From Epithemia pelagica (lineage: Eukaryota; Protista; Bacillariophyta): a stretch of 64,000 bases of DNA. A program made the translations under genes and the position numbers. Below the pieces are notes generated by a model that had not been told where the DNA came from, ran no database searches, and saw nothing but the letters and a program-made list of their open reading frames with translations. Below are positions 55,327-64,000 of the stretch, one piece after another. Within the stretch, counting starts at the first letter, position 1. Each line of letters opens with the position of its first letter. The stretch lies in assembly GCA_946965045.2 (NCBI GenBank), contig OX337234.1:744001-808000 (forward strand), given 5' to 3'.

Positions 55327-58300
55327 TGTGTAATACTTTCGGTCCTGATCAATATATGAAAAGCAAGAACTCAGACCGTGGACAAAGTTCTACCTTAGTT
55401 GTCTTCTTGTGATTTTGGGACTGTGAGAGGCGTTTCGCAGTTTCGTTTTCGATCGTGGAGGAACACATTGCGCTGCGGGATTAGACTCTCGGAATCGAAC
55501 GACGTGCAGGCGCGTTTACGCTCCCCCTTTTGTTGTTGTGAGCCACACAAAACGGCGATCGATTTCCTAGTAAAGGTAGATCCATGGAACGCTAGGCGGA
55601 CCTGACTGGAATTTTCAAAGCAATAAAAGGTATACTGTAGCGGTCCATTCCTTTGCTGTTTTTATGTTGTTTCCTGTTCTTCTTCTTCTTCTTGTGATTG
55701 TTTGCATTGGGCCAGATGCTCTTGCAACTTCACGAGGCAATTGGCGGCCTGGAGATAGGATTGCAAACACGCACGAGCCTCTTGTTGCGCCCGATGCAAT
55801 TCCTTGGGTGGCAAAGCTCCCGCCAACAATTCCAAAGGATCCATCAAGCCATTGGGAGAAAAAGAGGAAGCCAATGACGACGACGACGACACGGGTGGTT
55901 GAGACTCGGACTTGGCGGGTTCTTCCTCTGTTTCAGTCACAACCAACATTATTCCAGGAGTGGTTGTAGTCTTGTGGTCCGTTGTGCCCTTGTTTCGTCG
56001 TCGTTGTCGCAATCCTGTTTGTTCGGTGGGAGCATGGATTCGTCGGCTTGGTTCGCTTCTTCTACTGCTTCTTCACGATGCAAGTCGGGAATGTCACCAT
56101 CCGTTTTCGTTTGTTTCGTGGTTCGTTCCGCCTTGGTTACTGTGATTGTGGTTGTTTGAGTGGTGGTCGTTGGTCCAGATCAAGGAGACATGAGTCGTGG
56201 TGGTGCCTGGTGCGTCTTGTTGTGTATTATTCTTGTTGTGATCTGTAGTCGCACATGGAGGCGAGTGGACTTTCCCATCGTACATTGGAAGCGGTGCAGT
56301 AGGATTCCATGGCCAATAGTGCAGTAGCTGTAACCGAGAAAGACAGCACAGGTGTCGTTGATCTCCAAAGTTTTTTTCCCAATGAGCGTCTGTAGCCGAC
56401 GGAAGTTTGAGTGTGGTGATGGCTTATCGACTTGTGCACCCCAAAATACCGTCTTGAAATTCCGGTAATGTTGAGCAGAAAGATGTCAAGCCTGCGACAA
56501 CACCCACAGTCAACAAGCGATTTGACAGGCGTCAAAACACATGAGACAACCGCATCTCCAATGTCGTATAAGACATCCGGGCAAAATAATGCGTCTGGTC
56601 ATGATCGCCTGTGTTTTGACCCTCAAAGCCAACCCGAAATGCCCAGGTATCAAAAGCACTCGGTATCTTTAAATCATGGTTGAAAGCCTTTTTTCTCTTG
56701 AACTTCCTGTGGCCTTGTCGCTCGGGTAGGTGCCAGCTACAGTTAGGACGACAACAGCATGCGGAGAGCTGCAAATGTCCAATACGGTTAGCGTGGAGGC
56801 CTCAGAACCATTCTGTGCACACAAAATAGATGGCCTCCCGTTTCAAAATAGTGAAAGCCGTCACCTAGAACGATTCTAATATCACAATTCGAAAATCAGC
56901 AACACAACCGATTGGAATACCGCCTTCGTAGACTTGGCCAAACGCGTAGGGGAGCAAACAAGAGGAGCAAAGCTGCCAAACATTTTGTGGACCCTGATCG
57001 TTGCCCTCATCGCTGGATAGATGCTTTGAGCAGATCGTGCATCTTTATTTCGGCACTCTGCTGCTTCTGTCGTTGTCGCTTGCATATTCCATGACTGAAT
57101 GGGCTTGATGCATGCTCTCACTCTTTCAGGTGCAACGACCAAAAGGTCTTTGCTGTTCAACGTCAGTCCGTCGTCTCGGCTTTAGTAATCCAACTGTAAC
57201 TGTGGGCAATGAGATATTCTTGATTGGAGCAAGGACAATGATCAACAGCAAACGTCGGTCACGCAGTGATCATAACGATAGCCCAGGTGCGTTGAAGAAA
57301 GATAGTCGGTTTGGAAAGTATTACAAAATGAAGTCTGTTGGTCTATACCTGAAGGAGCCCTTCGCAATGTCATGACTCGAGACAGTGTAGACCTTGATTG
57401 GGAGAAGAACTATGAAGACCACATATCGAAGCCCGCATGTGATTCCATGGATGGTCCTGCCTAAAAGATAACGAATGATTCTCAAAGTTAATCTGTAGGT
57501 TTACCGGACGGTGCCGCAATTAACGCAATGACAAGGGAAGATGTTGACCCGAGGGCTCTGGAATTAGACTGGGACAAGAAATATGAAGCAAAACACTGGA
57601 AGAGGAAATCTGTTGGCTTACCCGACGGATGTTGTGATATGAGAGAGCTTGGATTTAGAACGTCAATTCTAGGCGACAGCGTTGGAGAAAAAGACCAGTG
57701 TGCTACAATATTTGGTCAAGTTGGGATGAAAAACGATGAAGAGCTCCTCAAGTTCAGGAAAGATCTAGAGCATGCGAAAAAAACCCAAGTCTGTACTCAT
57801 GGCAGCGATTTCATCGAAGGCTGAGACACAATAAGATGCTTCAAACAACGGAAAGCCGGATTGATGGCTGCAAAAGCATCTAAAGGGCAACCCAAAGATG
57901 TCAAGCCCTCCGATGGGGAAAATCCGGATTGATGGCAGCGATTGCTGCAAAAAGGTCCCAAAACGACAATGACTCTAACGACTAAGGAGGGAGATCTGGA
58001 TTGATGGTGGCCATTGCCGTCTTGGTGCCGAAGAATGACACCGCAGATGCTAACAATGATGGAGCAGGATTGGTTGGCTGCAAATGCCGCCAGAGCGCCA
58101 TATCATGAGAGCACCAAGAATGACAAAGCGGGATTGATGGCCGCGATTTCCAACAAGGCACCGAAAAATACCAGTAACTCGAATAACAGAGGAGGAAGAG
58201 CTGCCTTAGTGGCCACCAAGGGGCCGAAGAATGAAATGTTCCAGTCTTAGTTAACCAACTACTTGGAGAAACTCGTGTTGTAACTCCATCGTTTTGTTCA

Positions 58301-58862
58301 AAGATAGAGCCACTTGCTATTCACACTATTGTTAGAACTTGACGCAGTAGGCAGTTCCAGTCAAACTGTGATAGTGGACAGCTACTACCGGCAACAAGAA
58401 TAGCAACAAGTCGGTCACCATTCGGTCCAACTATAGTGACCTGGGTATGCGTGATTTGCCGATGCTCATGGCGGACACTCAATCGGCACGTCGTCCACTA
58501 CGGGGTTGGGCGTCACATTCACCAAGGAAGCAGGGTCAGGAGAAGCCTGGATTGAAGCCGGACCCCCGAATCGAGGTGCCAGTTCTTCGAGATCGACCCT
58601 TCCTTGGCCAAGCTAGGATTCAATCAAGCTACCTAGGTAGTATCCATGCCCAGATAGGGGGGATTGAGGTCTTTTGATTCCTTCATTACAATCGATTTCA
58701 GTGTTTTGAGTACATAGGCCAATTTTATTACCGAAATAGTGGGAACTTGATCTAACGACCCGGATACGTCGAACCAATTTATCATTTTGCGTTCCAACGG
58801 CCACTACATGTAGAGAACTGCAATCTGCATTCTTGCCCTCAGTAGAGAAGCTGCTGCTACTA

Positions 58863-60266
58863 CTAGGAACGAATCGATCCACCTCGTCTTGCATAAATGG
58901 TAAAGTAACCCTCTGGAATACCATTCTGTTGCTGCTTTGATGATCTCTTGTGGTTATCCACTCGCTTTGGAGCTTCTTCGTCGTAGAAGACAACCCGCCT
59001 GGGACTCCCGCTGGTCAACGACCCCAAGAAAGGCTCTTCTTCAAATCGGACGAGCTCGCATGGACTAAAACAAACAGTTTCCTCAATGCCATAGAGATGT
59101 CGAATTCCCATTGATTTCAAAGTAGTGAGACTTACAACAAAGAATGGCTTGTGTTCCCAGGAGTTTTGGATGAGAAACTCTAAATCTCCATTCACGAGAC
59201 GAACGCCCACGACAAGAACGGCATGGTTGGGGTTGAGAAACTGTGCGGACTGTTCCTCATGCCACGGCGCGCGAAATAGCAAATCGTCACTGTCGATAAG
59301 CTCTTGTGTGACCTTCAATCCCTCAATCATGTATGCACCGTTTGTCTGCAGTGTCTCTGAGAAAAGGTCAAAGAGCGTATGAGCTTTGCCAAGGAAAATT
59401 GGAAACTCATGGACGACCTTTTTGTCGGGATTCTGTTCCTGCAGGAGTCTTTTGGCATGAGGCTCTAAATGGCCACCGTCGCCGCGAAAGATATTGGAAA
59501 AGATCTCTTTGGGGGAGAATCTGTTCCGCATGTACCGACACACATTGATGTGTTTGTACTTTGGCTCTTTCTCCACAACATCATCCGAGGAGCTAGTTCT
59601 TTTCTTTACTCGTTGAAGTTCGCCCAAGTAGTAAATGGCGTTCGCCACCACGACAGCGTAGCAGATCGTTGAGTCTTGTCGCTGGTATCGGAGAAAGGGT
59701 TTGACACCTTCATCAAAAAGGGTTACCTTGGTTTCGGATTTTTCGGTACCCCATTCTGGATGGCGTTGAAGAAAGTCTGCAAATTTCGAATGACCAGAAT
59801 CACCAGAGTCTTCTTCGTCGCCTTTCTTCCGGACAAAGGCATCAAGTCTCTTTCCAAATGCAGACTCGGGATCCATTACAGCGTCGATGAGATTTTGGAA
59901 TATACAGTTTGGGTCTTTTTGAACTAGTTCAGGCTGCTTCTTGAGCAGGAGGAACGCTGCCTTGACCTTTTGGATTCCGGTGAGTGTGCTCCATTCATGG
60001 CGACTAGCAAGAGAATTCCATTCGACAGCTATTGCGTGAATAGGACGGTCCGATAACTTTGCTTGGGGAGGTGTACATTTGTTCTGCTGAAAGAGGTCGT
60101 GGACCGTCTTTAGTCGAGTCTTTGGAGACTGAATACTTCCCGTCGTCTCTTCTTCCTCGTCAGCCTCGGTGGACGCCGTTACACTTTGAAGATCGGGAAT
60201 ATCCTCAAACTTGCTCCAGTCCATACTCTCAACAGTCTCGTGATTGTTGATGGCTTCTTGACTCAT
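58863..60266 (-). CDS. papain-like cysteine peptidase, array copy (DKKVVHE cassette)
   Basis: 467 aa, same protein sequence as 53923..55326. Confidence 0.82.
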   Translation of the reverse strand: MSQEAINNHETVESMDWSKFEDIPDLQSVTASTEADEEEETTGSIQSPKTRLKTVHDLFQQNKCTPPQAKLSDRPIHAIAVEWNSLASRHEWSTLTGIQKVKAAFLLLKKQPELVQKDPNCIFQNLIDAVMDPESAFGKRLDAFVRKKGDEEDSGDSGHSKFADFLQRHPEWGTEKSETKVTLFDEGVKPFLRYQRQDSTICYAVVVANAIYYLGELQRVKKRTSSSDDVVEKEPKYKHINVCRYMRNRFSPKEIFSNIFRGDGGHLEPHAKRLLQEQNPDKKVVHEFPIFLGKAHTLFDLFSETLQTNGAYMIEGLKVTQELIDSDDLLFRAPWHEEQSAQFLNPNHAVLVVGVRLVNGDLEFLIQNSWEHKPFFVVSLTTLKSMGIRHLYGIEETVCFSPCELVRFEEEPFLGSLTSGSPRRVVFYDEEAPKRVDNHKRSSKQQQNGIPEGYFTIYARRGGSIRS

Positions 60267-63200
60267 TGTGTAATACTTTCGGTCCTGATCAATATATGAA
60301 AAGCAAGAACTCAGACCGTGGACAAAGTTCTACCTTAGTTGTCTTCTTGTGATTTTGGGACTGTGAGAGGCGTTTCGCAGTTTCGTTTTCGATCGTGGAG
60401 GAACACATTGCGCTGCGGGATTAGACTCTCGGAATCGAACGACGTGCAGGCGCGTTTACGCTCCCCCTTTTGTTGTTGTGAGCCACACAAAACGGCGATC
60501 GATTTCCTAGTAAAGGTAGATCCATGGAACGCTAGGCGGACCTGACTGGAATTTTCAAAGCAATAAAAGGTATACTGTAGCGGTCCATTCCTTTGCTGTT
60601 TTTATGTTGTTTCCTGTTCTTCTTCTTCTTCTTGTGATTGTTTGCATTGGGCCAGATGCTCTTGCAACTTCACGAGGCAATTGGCGGCCTGGAGATAGGA
60701 TTGCAAACACGCACGAGCCTCTTGTTGCGCCCGATGCAATTCCTTGGGTGGCAAAGCTCCCGCCAACAATTCCAAAGGATCCATCAAGCCATTGGGAGAA
60801 AAAGAGGAAGCCAATGACGACGACGACGACACGGGTGGTTGAGACTCGGACTTGGCGGGTTCTTCCTCTGTTTCAGTCACAACCAACATTATTCCAGGAG
60901 TGGTTGTAGTCTTGTGGTCCGTTGTGCCCTTGTTTCGTCGTCGTTGTCGCAATCCTGTTTGTTCGGTGGGAGCATGGATTCGTCGGCTTGGTTCGCTTCT
61001 TCTACTGCTTCTTCACGATGCAAGTCGGGAGTGTCACCATCCGTTTTCGTTTGTTTCGTGGTTCGTTCCGCCTTGGTTACTGTGATTGTGGTTGTTTGAG
61101 TGGTGGTCGTTGGTCCAGATCAAGGAGACATGAGTCGTGGTGGTGCCTGGTGCGTCTTGTTGTGTATTATTCTTGTTGTGATCTGTAGTCGCACATGGAG
61201 GCGAGTGGACTTTCCCATCGTACATTGGAAGCGGTGCAGTAGGATTCCATGGCCAATAGTGCAGTAGCTGTAACCGAGAAAGACGGCACAGGTGTCGTTG
61301 ATCTCCAAAGTTTTTTTCCCAATGAGCGTCTGTAGCCGACGGAAGTTTGAGTGTGGTGATGGCTTATCGACTTGTGCACCCCAAAATACCGTCTTGAAAT
61401 TCCGGTAATGTTGAGCAGAAAGATGTCAAGCCTGCGACAACACCCACAGTCAACAAGCGATTTGACAGGCGTCAAAACACATGAGACAACCGCATCTCCA
61501 ATGTCGTATAAGACATCCGGGCAAAATAATGCGTCTGGTCATGATCGCCTGTGTTTTGACCCTCAAAGCCAACCCGAAATGCCCAGGTATCAAAAGCACT
61601 CGGTATCTTTAAATCATGGTTGAAAGCCTTTTTTCTCTTGAACTTCCTGTGGCCTTGTCGCTCGGGTAGGTGCCAGCTACAGTTAGGACGACAACAGCAT
61701 GCGGAGAGCTGCAAATGTCCAATACGGTTAGCGTGGAGGCCTCAGAACCATTCTGTGCACACAAAATAGATGGCCTCCCGTTTCAAAATAGTGAAAACCG
61801 TCACCTAGAACGATTCTAATATCACAATTCGAAAATCAGCAACACAACCGATTGGAATACCGCCTTCGTAGACTTGGCCAAACGCGTAGGGGAGCAAACA
61901 AGAGGAGCAAAGCTGCCAAACATTTTGTGGACCCTGATCGTTGCCCTCATCGCTGGATAGATGCTTTGAGCAGATCGTGCATCTTTATTTCGGCACTCTG
62001 CTGCTTCTGTCGTTGTCGCTTGCATATTCCATGACTGAATGGGCTTGATGCATGCTCTCACTCTTTCAGGTGCAACGACCAAAAGGTCTTTGCTGTTCAA
62101 CGTCAGTCCGTCGTCTCGGCTTTAGTAATCCAACTGTAACTGTGGGCAATGAGATATTCTTGATTGGAGCAAGGACAATGATCAACAGCAAACGTCGGTC
62201 ACGCAGTGATCATAACGATAGCCCAGGTGCGTTGAAGAAAGATAGTCGGTTTGGAAAGTATTACAAAATGAAGTCTGTTGGTCTATACCTGAAGGAGCCC
62301 TTCGCAATGTCATGACTCGAGACAGTGTAGACCTTGATTGGGAGAAGAACTATGAAGACCACATATCGAAGCCCGCATGTGATTCCATGGATGGTCCTGC
62401 CTAAAAGATAACGAATGATTCTCAAAGTTAATCTGTAGGTTTACCGGACGGTGCCGCAATTAACGCAATGACAAGGGAAGATGTTGACCCGAGGGCTCTG
62501 GAATTAGACTGGGACAAGAAATATGAAGCAAAACACTGGAAGAGGAAATCTGTTGGCTTACCCGACGGATGTTGTGATATGAGAGAGCTTGGATTTAGAA
62601 CGTCAATTCTAGGCGACAGCGTTGGAGAAAAAGACCAGTGTGCTACAATATTTGGTCAAGTTGGGATGAAAAACGATGAAGAGCTCCTCAAGTTCAGGAA
62701 AGATCTAGAGCATGCGAAAAAAACCCAAGTCTGTACTCATGGCAGCGATTTCATCGAAGGCTGAGACACAATAAGATGCTTCAAACAACGGAAAGCCGGA
62801 TTGATGGCTGCAAAAGCATCTAAAGGGCAACCCAAAGATGTCAAGCCCTCCGATGGGGAAAATCCGGATTGATGGCAGCGATTGCTGCAAAAAGGTCCCA
62901 AAACGACAATGACTCTAACGACTAAGGAGGGAGATCTGGATTGATGGTGGCCATTGCCGTCTTGGTGCCGAAGAATGACACCGCAGATGCTAACAATGAT
63001 GGAGCAGGATTGGTTGGCTGCAAATGCCGCCAGAGCGCCATATCATGAGAGCACCAAGAATGACAAAGCGGGATTGATGGCCGCGATTTCCAACAAGGCA
63101 CCGAAAAATACCAGTAACTCGAATGACAGAGGAGGAAGAGCTGCCTTAGTGGCCACCAAGGGGCCGAAGAATGAAATGTTCCAGTCTTAGTTAACCAACT

Positions 63201-63802
63201 ACTTGGAGAAACTCGTGTTGTAACTCCATCGTTTTGTTCAAAGATAGAGCCACTTGCTATTCACACTATTGTTAGAACTTGACGCAGTAGGCAGTTCCAG
63301 TCAAACTGTGATAGTGGACAGCTACTACCGGCAACAAGAATAGCAACAAGTCGGTCACCATTCGGTCCAACTATAGTGACCTGGGTATGCGTGATTTGCC
63401 GATGCTCATGGCGGACACTCAATCGGCACGTCGTCCACTACGGGGTTGGGCGTCACATTCACCAAGGAAGCAGGGTCAGGAGAAGCCTGGATTGAAGCCG
63501 GACCCCCGAATCGAGGTGCCAGTTCTTCGAGATCGACCCTTCCTTGGCCAAGCTAGGATTCAATCAAGCTACCTAGGTAGTATCCATGCCCAGATAGGGG
63601 GGATTGAGGTCTTTTGATTCCTTCATTACAATCGATTTCAGTGTTTTGAGTACATAGGCCAATTTTATTACCGAAATAGTGGGAACTTGATCTAACGACC
63701 CGGATACGTCGAACCAATTTATCATTTTGCGTTCCAACGGCCACTACATGTAGAGAACTGCAATCTGCATTCTTGCCCTCAGTAGAGAAGCTGCTGCTAC
63801 TA

Positions 63803-64000
63803 CTAGGAACGAATCGATCCACCTCGTCTTGCATAAATGGTAAAGTAACCCTCTGGAATACCATTCTGTTGCTGCTTTGATGATCTCTTGTGGTTATCCA
63901 CTCGCTTTGGAGCTTCTTCGTCGTAGAAGACAACCCGCCTGGGACTCCCGCTGGTCAACGACCCCAAGAAAGGCTCTTCTTCAAATCGGACGAGCTCGCA
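63803..64000 (-). CDS. papain-like cysteine peptidase, 3' end of the next array copy (partial)
   Basis: Sequence matches the 3' end of the other copies. The stop is 4940 bp after 58863. Confidence 0.8.
   Translation of the reverse strand, partial: CELVRFEEEPFLGSLTSGSPRRVVFYDEEAPKRVDNHKRSSKQQQNGIPEGYFTIYARRGGSIRS

Larger units (their letters stand above)
29527..64000. repeat. tandem array of near-identical ~4,940-bp units (about 7 units, runs off the window; one unit interrupted by copia 2)
   Basis: Peptidase stops at 32794, 37734, 48983, 53923, 58863 and 63803. Spacing is 4940 bp except 11249 = 4939 + 6304 (element) + 6 (TSD). Confidence 0.97.

Noticed and set aside
29527-64000. Array as a pure assembly artefact or as a self-mobile element
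   Set aside because: The units carry distinct SNPs, two cassette types and a unique TE insertion, so an artefact is unlikely though not excluded. I see no TIRs, LTRs, transposase or Rep/helicase in the unit to make it a transposon.

Overview
This is eukaryotic DNA, probably from a pennate diatom (inferred from the CoDi-like copia elements and diatom-style gene fragments), rich in transposons and gene duplications. From left to right: (1) a Ty1/copia element with an unusually long gag-protease ORF and a deletion in the integrase zinc finger, whose 3' LTR abuts the stop codon of a papain-like cysteine peptidase gene; (2) an intact PIF/Harbinger transposon (35-bp TIRs, TTA TSD) lying between that peptidase gene and a divergently oriented PD-(D/E)xK nuclease + kinase gene; (3) a patchwork of truncated genes (GT8-like, Ty3/gypsy gag-pol fused in frame to a glutathionyl-hydroquinone reductase piece, hotdog thioesterase, FAS1-like); (4) from about 24.8 kb to the end, a tandem array of a ~4.94-kb unit (one diverged copy plus about seven near-identical copies), each carrying one intact papain-like peptidase gene. 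The near-identical peptidase copies differ almost only in one 17-aa hypervariable cassette. One unit is interrupted by a young, apparently intact copia element with a gag-pol stop-readthrough signal, a 6-bp TSD and a primer-binding site matching the D-arm of initiator tRNA-Met. All family assignments come from motifs read by eye; no database search was run.
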